From Mobula hypostoma (lineage: Eukaryota): 64,000 bases of DNA. The notes under the pieces were generated by a model. It worked only from the letters and a program-made list of their open reading frames with translations. It did not search any database and was not told the origin of the DNA. The translations under genes and the position numbers were made by a program. The stretch is taken from assembly GCF_963921235.1 (NCBI RefSeq), contig NC_086097.1, positions 34,970,001 through 35,034,000 on the forward strand. The letters are read 5' to 3'. Positions 50,984 through 64,000 of this stretch are shown piece by piece. The first letter of the stretch is position 1. Each line of letters opens with the position of its first letter.

Positions 50984-51798
50984 AGTGTGTAAAAGTCTTT
51001 GGCACACATATATATAGCCAGGGTGCTGAAGACTTTTTCATGGTACTGTAGTAATTTTATGTGTTGGACTGTACCGCTGTCACAAAAGAAAACAAATTTC
51101 ATGACATATGTGAGTGATGACAAAGCTGATTCTGATGTGGGTCTCTACTGTGGACTGAGAGTGGGAAGGAGGCAGGGCGAGGGGAATCCTGGTTGGGAAA
51201 AGGGGAAGGGAAAGGGAAAGGGGAGGGAGTGGGAAGGACCCGAGGGACATTCTGTAATGATCAATAAGCCATTTGTTTGGAATCAAATGACCTTCCCTCA
51301 TGTCTCAGGGCTGGGTGTCTCCACACCTACCCTTGGCACTCCTTCTCTGTCACCAATCCCACACTCCTCCTGTGGTGCTCTACCCTTGCCATTCCCAACA
51401 TTCTTTGCTCTCACCAGATTTACAGACTCACTCTCTGCTCCACATTGACAAATACAGTACTGTGCAAAAGTCTTAGGCACCCTAGATAGATCTGTATCTA
51501 TCTATAATATCTATATCTTTACCTGGGTATGTGGCCAAGTGGTTAAGGCGTTCGACAAGTGATCTGAAGGTTGCTAGTTCGAGCCTTAGCTGTGGCAGCA
51601 TGTTTGTGTTCTTGAGCAAGGCACTTAACCACACATTGCTCTAGTGTCTGTGCAAGGAGTGGCGTCCCACACAGACTTCCAATCTGCGCCTTGTAAGGCA
51701 TGAAAATGCCCGATGCAGACCTCTCATGGTCTGAGTCAACGTTCCCCTTTATCTCTATCTATCTATATATACATACCTAAGACATTTGCACAGTATGG
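50984..51798. mobile_element. Composite MITE: two CAGTACTGTG hairpin units flanking ~400 bp, with a SINE (51525-51747) inside the second unit
   Basis: Four TIR copies (~50984, ending 51048, starting 51455, ending 51798) matching the 47224 mini-MITE. Confidence 0.7.
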
Positions 51799-51904
51799 TA
51801 CAATGTAATACTTAGTAAAAGCAAATTCAATGTAAGAAGTGACTGTTTTAAACTTCCTGCTGACACGGGCTTTTGAAAAAGTTTTGATAGTTTCATGAAG
51901 TTTA

Positions 51905-52212
51905 TGAGACCATAAGATATAGGAACAGAAGTAAGCCATTCAGCTGATTGAGTCTGCTCCGCCATTCAATCATGGGCTGAGCCAATTCTTCCAGTCATAC
52001 CCACTCCACTGCCTTCACCCCATACCCTTTGATGCCCTGGCTAATCGAGAACCTATCTATCTCTGCCTTAAATACACCCAATGACTTGACCTCCACAGCC
52101 GCTCATGGCAACAAATTCCACAGATTTACCACCCTCTGACTAATTTCTCTGCATCTCAGTTCTAAAAGGACGTCCTTCAATCCTGAAGTTGTGCCCCCTT
52201 GTCCTAGAATCC
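51905..52212 (-). mobile_element. CR1 LINE 3' fragment
   Basis: agaccataagatataggaacagaagtaagccattcagc terminus and CR1 3' body. Confidence 0.75.
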
Positions 52213-52539
52213 CAATGTTAAAATAAAAATTTAGCTTGTTTTACTTAACCACAGAAGCTCAAATGTATTACTGAATACTTTTAAACTTACCTCCTGCTGC
52301 TGTGACTGGTTTTAGTGAGGATGATGTCCTGGCTCTTTCAGTAGTTGGCCCTTAGATCAAAGCATCAACTTTTGGAGATTGGCACCATGCTCCTCACCAC
52401 TTCACTCTAGGATGTTTGATAAAGTGGGACGTTACTCACAGTGGCCCAATACTGTTGGAAAAAAGACTTGTCCGGTTAGATGCTGAAAACCTATTCCCTT
52501 GGAGTTATTGTTTCAGGATGAAGATTAGTCATTTAGGAC

Positions 52540-52920
52540 AAAGCCCTTCTCTCTTCCATTCCCCATTCTGTCTCCCTCTTGCCTCTTCTCATGTTCTCAT
52601 CTGCCTATCACCTTCCTCTGGTTCCCCTCTTCTTTCTCTGATGGTCCACTCTCCTCTCCTAGCAGATTTTTTCCTCTACTGCCCTTGACCTCCTATCACT
52701 TACTAGCTTCTCACTTCATTCTCCTCTTCCCCCATCTACTCACCCCTCGCCTGACTTCACCTGTCTCCTTCTAGCTTGTACACCTTCTCGTTCTGGCTTC
52801 TTTCCCCTTCCTTTCCAATCCTGATGAAGGGTTTCAGCCCAAAATGTCGACTCTTTATTCTTTTCCATAGATGCCGGCCTAACTGCTGAGTTCCTCCAGC
52901 ATTTTGTATATGTTACTCCA
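52540..52920 (+). mobile_element. Old Penelope pLTR with degenerate hammerhead
   Basis: cctgatgaagggtttcagcccaaaatgtcgac...ctgctgagttcctccagcattttg. Confidence 0.75.
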
Positions 52921-53035
52921 GAGAACTCTTCATGTGGAAGATTTCTTTACCCCAGAGGATTGCAGTTGCCTAGTACATTCATTGAAGATGCCACACATTA
53001 GGCTTGCTTGATGGACAAAATTAGGTGGGGAAATA

Positions 53036-53981
53036 CAGTTGAAAACAGAAGTTTACATACACCTTAGCCAAATACATTTAAACTCAGTTTTTCACAATTC
53101 CTGACATTTAATCCTAGAAAACTTTCCCTGTCTTAGGTCAATTAGGATCACTACTTTATTTTAAGAAAGTGAAATGTCAGAATAATAGTAGAGAGAATGA
53201 TTTATTTCAGCTTTTATTTCTTTCATCTCTTTCCCAGTGGGTCAGAAGTTTATATACACTTTAAAAATGCAAACATGAGGAAATCTGCAGATGCTGGAAA
53301 TTCAAGCAACACACACAAAATGCTGGTGGAACGCAACATCTATAGGAAGAAGTACAGTCAACGTTTTGGGCCGAGACCCTTTGTCAGGACTAACTGAAAG
53401 AAGAGATAGTAAGAGATTTGGAAGTGGGAGGGGGAGGGGGAGATCATTTCTGATCCCTTCTTCCTATAGATGCTGCCTGGCCTGCTGCGTTCCACCAGCA
53501 TTTTGTGTGTGTTGTTTACATACACTTTGTTAGTATTTGGTAGCATTGCCTTTAAATTGTTTAACTTGGGTCAAACGTTTTGTGTTGCCTTCCACAAGCC
53601 TCTCACAGCAAGTTGCTGGAATTTTGTTCCATTCCTCCAGACAGAACTGGTGTAACTGAGTCAGGTTTGTAGGCCTCCTTGCTCGCACATGCTTTTTCAA
53701 TTCTGCCCACAAATTTTCTATTGTTTGACCCAAGTTAAACAATTTAAAGGCAATGCTACCAAATACTAACAAAGTGTATGTAAACTTCTGACCCACTGGG
53801 CAAGTGATGAAAGAAATAAAAGCTGAAATAAATCATTCTCTCTATTATTATTCTGACATTTCACATTCTTAAAATAATGATCCTAACTGACCTAAGACAG
53901 GGAATGTTTTCATCAGGAATTGTGAAAAACTGAGTTTAAATGCATTTGGCTAAGGTGTATGTAAACTTCTGACTTCAACTG
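53036..53981. mobile_element. Sleeping Beauty-like (IR/DR Tc1, DD34E) fold-back non-autonomous element
   Basis: TA-flanked; CAGTTGAA termini; long IRs each with outer and inner DR (cagaagtttacatacac); transposase C-terminus IENLWAELKK...RLTQVKQFKGNATKY* at 53530-53721(-). Confidence 0.93.
53263..53513 (-). mobile_element. Penelope pLTR fragment inserted in the inner DR of the SB-like element
   Basis: 15-bp TSD gtttaYatacacttt at 53248-53262 and 53514-53528. Confidence 0.88.
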
Positions 53982-56900
53982 TAAATGAATTTTCATCATC
54001 TTCAGAGTACAATCAGTCATGTGCTCCAAAGTTCAATGTTTAGACATCAGCTATTTACAATCTAGATCAATGACTTGGGTAATGGATCTGAATGCAGTAC
54101 CTAGATAAACTTCTTTGTACTAAAGAATTCAATGGAGTTAGGGACAGAATGTTAAAAATGGGGCTGATATCAATATGTAGCCACTGGCAGAATTTAAGGA
54201 TTGCATGGACAACTAATGCTACTATTCTTAATGCCAGTTTTCATTTTTATTTTATAAATTAGAAATACTTAATTCTGGCAATCTTTATAATCAAAAAAGC
54301 ATTGCGATAAAGCTTAAAATTATTGAGGCTAGATTTACCAAAGCAAAGACAGACAACATAGATTAGTGCTGGATGTTTTAACATTCACCTACTGGTCTCT
54401 GTACTGTACTTAAAATTAGTTATGCATGTTAATGGAAATCAAGATTTGAATGGTCATCACCCTGCTGTTTATCAGCATTTTAAAATATAAACTGTACCGG
54501 GAAAACAAGTTAACATTGTGCAGTCAGCGCAATGCAATGGTTTTTCTGTTGAAATAGGTTTTCTGCATGTGAAAGGATAAAGAATGAATATGTAAGCAAA
54601 TTATTTATTTGAAAACCCATTTCTATCTGTATTGTGTTTGCTTTAATGGTTAAGATTCATCTTGCCAAAGTTTCTGTAATTCTGCCAAAGGATGATATGA
54701 AAGTTGAGAACAAAAGACTGCCAGGCAGATGTATCCAATAAACTTTTACTTTCATCGAAAAATGCACAAATTAAACAAAATTAAACATATACAGCCATTG
54801 CTATTAATACAGCAATACTTGAATTTGTTGCATAGAAATTAAAAGGAAATATGGGATTACTTACAAGTTGTAATCTGCACTTTAATAATATTAAACCATG
54901 TGAAATTTGCACTTCTACTGGTTTCAAGATATTGCTGCTTCTGAAATTTTAATACCTGCATTTACCCAATATATGGAAACAATATTAAGGCACTAACAAG
55001 ATGTAACTGGATACTGCAAGCAAAAATGATCAACCATACCAGAAATTCCTATCGCAAATTCCACCCAGTTAAACTGTAGCTATTTTCCAACATTTACGCC
55101 ATACAAGACTTCAGGAGTGTTTCGCTGTGATAATGAAAAACCTTTACATTGACATTATCGTAATGTCAAGTGCATCTGCTCTTACATTGTGACTGAAAAC
55201 TGATTGTAGAAATTAAAGTCCAGAAGATTTAGATCTTAGCAATATACAGTACGATTGTTGAACCATTTGGTTAGATGTCAGGTCAGTGGTACATTCCCAT
55301 TTAACAGCTTGAAGAATATATGAAGGTTTATTAACAATACAATTCTGCTTCAACATACAATAACAGCACACAGGTGATATTATATTAACAACACATTTTA
55401 ACTATAATTCATCCATTTATATGGTGGAAAAAAAGTTACCCGATATATTTTAAAACCTGCTTGTCTTTTGATTACCCTGATTTCTAACTAATTTAACTCC
55501 TAGAACTAGCATTTTTAAGCAGTGACATGAAACTTTTAAAAGCCAAATGCACTCTCCTACCAGGTCAATTTCTGCAAGCACAACTAATGTTCTAATTGGT
55601 TGTGTAACAAAAACACTGAATTTTGTTTGGAAACTTAAAAGAATGCCAATGAGGATCAGCAATTTGATAATAGATGTGAAGTAAAATTCCCATTAAACCA
55701 AATAGAATTTATCAGTAATATTTATAAAGAAACACTATCCAGGAAATCAAAACAATTCTTACAAGGAAAATGGAACCAGGTAACTGTGAATTTAACTCAA
55801 AGTGCATTTTTTTCAGAAATCAATTTCAAATCTATGGTTCATAATTCTAGTGTGTTGCAACAGGTAAAACAGGAAATACACAGCAGTTGGGCAGCATCTA
55901 TGGAGACAGAAAACAGGTTAAGAGTTTCCACAAAGTCCTTTTGCAAGATGCTTCCTCTTCACAGATTTTATCTGACCAGTTGAGGAGTTCCAAAAAAAAA
56001 GCTTTTTATTTTAAATTTTAGCCTCCTCAGTAGTGTGCTTTAATACATAAAAGTGTTTAGTTATTGTAGACACAATCCTCTGTAGAGTAAAATTGGAAAA
56101 TAAATCAAATGCGTAAAGTGTTATGTTAATGTCAGTTACATAAAACATTGTCAGTTAAAACTGAGTTGAGGTTAGTATCATTACAGATTTTATTTTAGCA
56201 AAAATCAAAACTTATAATCGAACTTCTATTCGTCTGTTTGATATTTGTTTAAAAGGATTAATACACTGTATAATTGGTAATTAATACTTGAGAGGAGAAT
56301 TGACATTATAAGAGAGTGCCTCTAATTTGCTGTTACAGCTGATTTATGGAGTCATTTATTTAAAAAAAGGAGTAGTGGAGAGATCCAGCAAAGGAGTCCC
56401 AGCAAAGAGATCCTTCAAAAACACCTTCATATTAGCACAGGCCCAGTTCTAAACTGCAGCAGATACCAAACCATGCTGACACAGCTGGACAGCTTTTTTG
56501 CCCAGTAATAGGCTGTCTCAACGTTTACCAACAGGAGAGTAGATCACTAAAAAGATTAAGTGTGCTTTTCAACAAAGCATTCAGACATACATATGCAATT
56601 CTAGAGTAACTATACCACGCATGCTTTGAAGTTACATCCTGAGTGAAATTATACTGTAAATCTGGAGTGGAGCCAAACAAATTCTCAATTTATCTGATTA
56701 ATTTATTGGCTCTTACCTTCAGATAATTACTGGTTTCTAAGCTAACAAAATACGGGCAACTATTATAGAATGACACGTTATCCTTTTCAAGAACAGAAAA
56801 CTATTTGAATATTCACAGAATCTGCATAGGTGTTATGAGAATACTACAACTATTCCTGACTAAACTAGTTTTTGGAAGACTCTGGAGATTTAAGGTGAAC

Positions 56901-58069
56901 AGCCCTTGAGAAAAGATTACAGGCTCATAATTATGTACTGTAAGCACTAAGAGACAGACGGAACAGACAACCCATTGAATTTGTTAAGATTCCAGTTTCT
57001 AAACCAGCAACATATCTAATAGGTGCTTCAACAATGAAGAGCACTAACAGGCTTAAGAGTCACTACTTTAAATAGATGGAATTTCTATAAATACTACTCT
57101 GATGCCATTATTCTGTCAAACTACTGTAAAAATGCTTTTAGGTGGTCATTAGACATCTAACAGAATCCACATGAGACTCGATTACAGTGCAGTGCTCCAA
57201 ACAGTCTCCTTGAATCGTCATTCCAATCAATAGATTATTTGAATACCATGCAAGGTTGTGCAGGATGCTGTTAATACCTTTCTACAATTACAATTACAAT
57301 TTTGTGATTCATTGTTCAGCACGATAAGCAACAACTAGACTGACAGTGTTTCTTCAGTAGATGCTGTTCCTATTTATCACCTGAGCTTCTTTTACTAAAC
57401 TGAGAGGCAGAGATTTCATCTGCTATTTTCTTTAAAAAAAATCTGAATCCAAGTTTAACTTAACGGCATCTTGTATATAGAAAGCAAGCAATGATCCCAT
57501 TCAGCATATTGTTAAAACTAATCAACTGGGTATCACAGTATTAACTTAATTCCAAATGTTTTGCTTATTTGACATGTCTGTCTATTACCATTTGGGCCAA
57601 TGGTGTGTTTCTATTATAACTTGATAATATACATTGACTCAGTGTTCAGCATTCATTCCCAATGTGCTCAGAAAATATTTGGCATAACCCAAGCCCTTAA
57701 AAAAGTACTTAATTTTAAGAATATACTTAATTGTGCCTGATGAAAACTCTGAAATCTCTGTTCAAACTAATTCTGCATGTAGATTAAAAAACCTGGCTAG
57801 AGCTTGAATCTGAAAAATATATTAGACAAGTATATTTTTATTTGCTTACACTAATCATGCACCAGTGGAAACTGAACTGGGAAATTCCCATCAGGATTCA
57901 TCCTAGAGTAAATGGTGTTTCTAAGCCACATGTCAGAACTTCACCAATATAAGCGGCACTTGTTTTTGATTGACTGACAAGAGGTTGGACTAAAAGGTTA
58001 TGGCTTTCACTGTTTGCCCACAGTTAAACAAACAACAAACCACACAGCCAGTCGTGATCTATACCAAAG

Positions 58070-58345
58070 GGTGGCACTGTGTTATAGTTAATATAGTTGC
58101 TGTTTCAAAGTGTGAGATCTGGGTTCAACACTGACCTGAAGTGCCACCTGCATGGAATTTGCGCATCCTTCTGGGAGCACTGACATTGAGGTGAACACCA
58201 CCATCTGGGGTGGGTGGGGGATGATGCGAAAGTTGGGAGGATAAGCGAGACTAATGTAGGATTAGTGTGATGGAATGGCTGTTCAGCACAGACTAGATGG
58301 GCTGAAGACCCTGTTCCATGCTGCAACTTTCTATGATTTTATGAC
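58070..58345 (+). mobile_element. Degenerate V-SINE-like element with CR1-type tail
   Basis: tRNA-like head with gggttcaac B-box; tail gatgggctgaagaccctgttccatgctg..ctatga. Confidence 0.6.
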
Positions 58346-61300
58346 GTAAAGGCTCCTTGATGGACTTCCATTTTAAGATCACTAATTGTTCATAGCATTT
58401 ATCCTTCTCACTGGAAGATGTTGCAACACGTGGCCTTGGTGATAGTTATGGGGAGGGTCCGTGCGGCACAGGGCGGGATCAGATGGCTGCATACCATAGA
58501 GGCTAAAATGACACAAACCTGCCATTGAACCCTTCTATAATTCTAGCTCCTTCTCTACTTCCCTCATTTCCATGCTCTGTCATTTGTAAATGCAAAAGCC
58601 AGTTATTACCACTTGTTCAATAATACAGTGACTTTTTAGTATTGGCGCATCCCATGTGTTATTTTGGTAATGTTAATTTTGGCACCAAGGCAAAATATAG
58701 TTCCCACTTAGTGCAAGAAAAGTGATTGAAATCCAATTTATCGTAAAATTCATAAAGATCTTTGCTGGTGATAAGAGGTCAGTCATTTCCATAAATTTTT
58801 CAGTTATGGTCCTTCATCTCTATATTTCTGTTCCTAAATTCCCACAGATAAAGAACAATGTTCATTTTACCTACACCACCTTAACTTGCTCCACTCCATT
58901 CCTTTACACAGGATTATTGCATATCACCTAATGAAATTATTTGCACCATGCTTTCTGTGCTGAGTGAAATGTCACGCTCAGTTCATCGCAACACTACTGC
59001 GACCTGACTCTGTTTAAGACTTGGATGTTATCTCTGCCATAAGGAGGAAAGGACTATGGTGAGCAAGTGGCTTGGGAAATCTGCTTTGGAGGAAGAACGG
59101 AGTGGCTGAGTGGCAGGATTAAAGGCCTGCAGTGGAATGAAAGCTTTTGAAGGTGGGAGTGAGGTGCAGAGGGCACATAGAGATGAGATTTCCATAGGGC
59201 AGGAATATAAAGACTGCAGTGAAGATGTCAGAGTCAGGCCAAGGATTTATCAGCACAGAGGGGAGAGATATAAAGAGGCTGAGATGTTTTACCATGCACC
59301 AAAGGCTGTGGAAAGGCTAATGTAGTTTTGAAAGTGGAAAGAAAGCAGTCCTGGTGAATCAGTAGTGGGAAGGAAGAAACCAAGCGGGCTGATCAAAGCT
59401 TGGCGAGAGCAGCTGGAAAAATTTAGTTCATCTTGCATCAAAAAGGGGTTACCAGATTACCATTCATGCCATTTCCAATCTAATGTGGTCAACATGTGCT
59501 CCTTTGAGACTAAACTATCAAAATCCACTTCACCCAAAACTTCCAAATACTGAACAACTTTTCATTTCCAATCCATAATTCTCTTATTTGACAAGGCATA
59601 TGGGAGAAGCCCGTCTTCCCTGGCTACAGCATAGACATAGTGGGCCAAACAGCCTGTACTGTGATGTCTGAATCCATGAATAGTACAGGGTAGTTAAACA
59701 GTCATACCAACAGATACGATTGTTAATAGGTTTTCTTGATGGCAAGGGCATGTTACATTGAAAGATAATTAAACCCAAACCACATAATTTTTATTTGCTT
59801 ATGCTCTTAGGATTGATATCTCTTCCTCATTCCAACATCTTTTATGTTTTTAAAAACTCAGCCATAAATTTTGAGCTCTGGAGTGAATCACAAAATAAAT
59901 TACAGTGTTTATATTGGATATTTTAATTAATTTGATGTTCTTGCAGAGCATCAAGGGTCCAGTGGAATATTTACAACAATCATCTGTTGAGTATTTGTTT
60001 TAAAGGACTAGAATGCCATTGGCTACACGAAAGGTAAAGCAAGCAAAATCAACAAGGTTGATACTCGTCCCAAGGGGCACCACAATGTGGGCAGTATCAA
60101 ATGTCACCAATTTACATGCAAGCAGCGCCCACATAGGTATAAAAGGGAGACTAATTTGAAACTACCAATTTTTCACAAAATAAATTTCTACCACCCATTC
60201 TGGGGGATTAGCATTTCCTTCAATAGAACTGAATGCAAATTATTCCCCTTTTTATGTGACTGATTTATTACCCGCAATATGTAAAATATGTTGCTTGTAG
60301 CTTTGTATGTTTGAGAATGACCACTTAGGTTTACTAGTTTATTTTGGAACTGAATATTTCTTTCAAATTTCCATCCACTAATTAATTACATAAGATTAAC
60401 TACCTAACAGATGCTGAGAAGAAGTATTTTATTTACAATTTAAGTATTAAAGTGTTTGCAAGATTAATTTTAAAGAAGTTTTCTATCGTTGCTATAATTA
60501 ATTGATGTATGTGAACAGTATTTGCTAGTTTCAATGTTGTTAGCCAATATGCAATTACAGTGGATGAGAGCAGGAGATGGGTGATCAAGAGTGGAATCGT
60601 CTTATTTCAGTTAGATAGAGGAAGAAATGCTTAGCTATTAAGTACTTATAACCTTTCTGGTCATGAAGTTACCCTAAACTGTTAACAATTACACCTCAGG
60701 ACCAGTATGAATACAACAATTAAAATAGCTTTGATCAGATTTTCTATGGAAAAATTCTGCTCATGTAAAAGTGGTAACAAGCTTTGAAGTGGTTAGATCT
60801 AGTGTAAATAGGATGGTTTGATCAGAATCCCAGATGCACAAAGATATATCTCAACCAGTTTTAATTGTAACCAGCAATTTCCTGTTTGACTTTTGAGGCT
60901 GGCAGAGCACTAAAATGCCACAGTGCAGCACGACCACAAAACCACGTGCTAATCATGGATTCTAAGATGGATCATTAGAATACTACTGCACATTCCGAAA
61001 CATAATGCATTGTTCAGTTTAGCAATTTGAGCTCATTAGTAATGCAATTTATTACCGGGTATTTCCTACTTTTAGAAAAACACCCCTCTCTTCATTTAGT
61101 CTATCACACACACCGAAAGCATAAGAACCTAGTTCTTCCGGATGCAAGGTTAAAATATGCAGCTTATTTCATCTCTATTAACACTTCAATAATCCATGAA
61201 CCAATTCATGTAGATTTAGTTTACTCAAAGATTTCTTTGGACTCCCTTTGTTATTTTTGTGCTTATTTTGAAATATTGCTTATTTCCACAGCTTACCCAC

Positions 61301-64000
61301 TTGCTTACTGAACAAGCCCAGCAAGCCCACGTTGAATGATAATATTTAGCTTATACCTGTAGTTTAACAGTATGAATTAAGAACAAGAAATAACACAGGA
61401 GAAATAGTTGGATATAGGACAGGAAACGAAACCTATAGCATTCCTAAATTCACATTTTGCTATTAAGAAAACTAATTCCTGAACATGCATGAGCGGAAAA
61501 GCTCTAGAATACATCCATCTCTTCACTGGTTAACGTTGGCTCCTATCACCTGTTAAAAAGTGCATCTAGAACATTAAGTTTTCTGACTAATAGCATAATT
61601 AATAAGAGACAGATGACAGACTCAGTGCAGCTAGAAATTCTGGGGTATTTTACCTATGATTAATGCAAATATCTGAATAGGGCCCAGTTAACTGAGGACG
61701 TCGAAAAATTGTGTCGAATGAACGGACACAGATTTATGCATTTTATAATACAAAGTATAGAACTGTTTTAAATTGCATAGCACTGAGCTAGCAATTATGA
61801 TTATTTAGAAATCATCTGATTATTTAGGAAGCACCTGGAAGATGTAATAAAGTAGGAATACATAGTGTGGTTCCACTGGCAGAACAGAATGGATAGTGAC
61901 AGGTGTTTAGAAACCTCTTAGGCACCAAGTCAAACCAGATTTCAATATTGGCCAAAATTTTGGTATCTTAATGGTGAAATTGCCAGCATTTACCATTACA
62001 TATCAGCAATTTCGGGACAATGCACATACAGTATACACCTGAAGACTGAGCCAGAAGCTATTGTTACTAATTTTCTGCCTCTGCATAAGGGCACAGTTTT
62101 GCATAGTAATCCCAAGAACTGAAAAAAAAATTCAGATATTCATGAACTGGTCTTTCTGCAAAACACCCAAGAGGTGTTTTGCTTTGTTATTTGCTGTGCA
62201 AGTCAGTTTTAAATGGTATATTAAGCCATAAATACCACTTGTCAAACTGGTCTCCTAAAACAAATTAATTTTGTTTCTGGATTATAATTCTTTAAGGTAA
62301 ATATTTCAAAATATAATGCATTTTAAAAATAATGATATTTTAGCCACTACTTTAATCATATGCATATATTCTAATCTACTTCAAGCTCTGTAAAATGTTT
62401 AAACTATTAGTTGTGCTTTAATCTTCCCAGTCTGATGCCAATAAGGCTTCTTCAATATGATTATCCTTCAGCGTGCCTGATGACCCTCTGCTGTTGGAGA
62501 TCAGGGATCCCACAGAACTGATGTACAGGAAACCACAAGGAAAGCCCAGAACACAGGAATCAGTGGGTTTTTACAGGCAGCTTTCCACAAAGACAGCATT
62601 GCTGTTTAACCACTGAAGTCCATCAACTAAATGAGTATTGCCATTTTGAATAAAGTTCTCAGAACTAATTGAAACTGTTCTTCATGACTAAAGTTAATTT
62701 TTAAATGAAGCTGGCTTGCTTTATGTGCACTGTACATGAAAAATAATGGTTGTCAGCACAATCATGATTTCAAGTAATCATTCTGTCTGACATGCAGCTA
62801 TAATAGATATCTGCACTATATAATTGTAATAAAAACTACGTTCTATTTTCTTTCACCTTGCACAAAAATAAAGGGCGGTTTAGCGTTGCTTCCTATTACT
62901 TCACTGAAAGCCTGGTGGCTCGTGGCAAGAAGATGATGCGCTGTGGCTTGTGAACTACCATGAATTACCAGACAACTAACACCATTAAAGTTAGAATGTT
63001 AAATCCTTTTACCTTTCTGTCACTTCTTACTCCTTCTTAATCCAGATTTCTTTTCTCCATTTTTTTAAAGCCTCTAAATCTTAATTCACACAAAATTCTA
63101 CCTCCACTTTCTCCATCTGCTATTTCTTTCTCAACCCTCAAGTCACACCAGTAAACATCTCACTATGTATCGTGGCCCCACGGCCTCCCAGCACCATTAA
63201 CAGCTCACCTACAAGCAATGTACAGGACAAGCAAAATACAGGAAAAACGGGGCTAATGAGATTTAATCAAACAGACTGTTGTTTTGAAATGCATATCCCA
63301 ATTCAGCTAAAGAAAACCTTCCTATTAGGTTTCTCCAGTGCTAATGAATGTATAGCTCTAGAAACATAATTACAATGACGTAGCTTACTCTCTGTTCTGC
63401 TGCTTTAATCTTGACAAACCAAAACTCCACTTTTTACAGTGATTCTGTAGAAATAAAGCAAGGTGGAATGTACAACACTGTGTTTGACTAATTGAAAATT
63501 TCAAGTGAATGCTTGGGACCGATGATAGATACTTTCTCAATGGGAAGAACATGCTGAGGGAAAAGTTCTCACCAGGCTCCACTCTCATCATCTAACGGTC
63601 TGCTCAGAAACGCAAAGAAGTGATCAGGTGTTAGGAAAACGTCGGAGGTTCTAAATTAATTGCTAATCCTTAAAATGCTGGCTAATGTTGGAAATGGATT
63701 TGGAAGTCAGTTTTCGCTCGATTTTTATCTGTCAGCTTCACATTGTAGGTGAATGGGCAAACAGTGGTGAGATCACTAATATCCTTTTGCACTATTTGCC
63801 AACATTTGAAAAATAGTGAAAAATCAAACTTTTCAAATGTACTCTTTCTGCAATGGAGAGCCACTGCCTCTGTTCAATATTTTCATCATGAAGGAATTCT
63901 AGACAGCATTCCATAACCCATTGGGTCATGCATCTCCAGCCATTACGAGGGACTACCAACCCAGTTGTTAAGCGTTCTTACTCTGTACATTTAGAAAAAA

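Noticed and set aside
55149..55169. Hairpin ttgacatta-tcg-taatgtcaa
   Set aside because: A 9-bp AT-rich stem is plausible by chance in 64 kb; no supporting context

Overview
Vertebrate genomic DNA, AT-rich and repeat-dense. The repeat mix (CR1 LINEs, HE1-like V-SINEs, Penelope elements, Rex1, Tc1) points to a cartilaginous fish, probably a ray; this is inference. One host gene is supported: GPHB5 (thyrostimulin beta subunit) on the + strand. It has two clear coding exons (22842-23046, 27910-28098) and a probable 14-nt coding portion of an upstream exon (20703-20716) that supplies the ATG, because the codon at the usual start position is CTG. The rest is mostly mobile DNA: a decayed L1, a solo LTR with a 4-bp TSD, many CR1 and Rex1 fragments, a Nimb remnant, tRNA-derived SINEs and several Tc1 MITE families. 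A young Neptune-type Penelope family carries minimal hammerhead ribozymes, one of them sense-oriented in GPHB5 intron 2. A TA-flanked fold-back element at 53036-53981 is built from two Sleeping Beauty-like right ends. The last ~10 kb is repeat-poor and may be the 3' UTR of a minus-strand neighbour. Family assignments and reference comparisons are from recalled sequences and need alignment; boundaries of old repeats are approximate.
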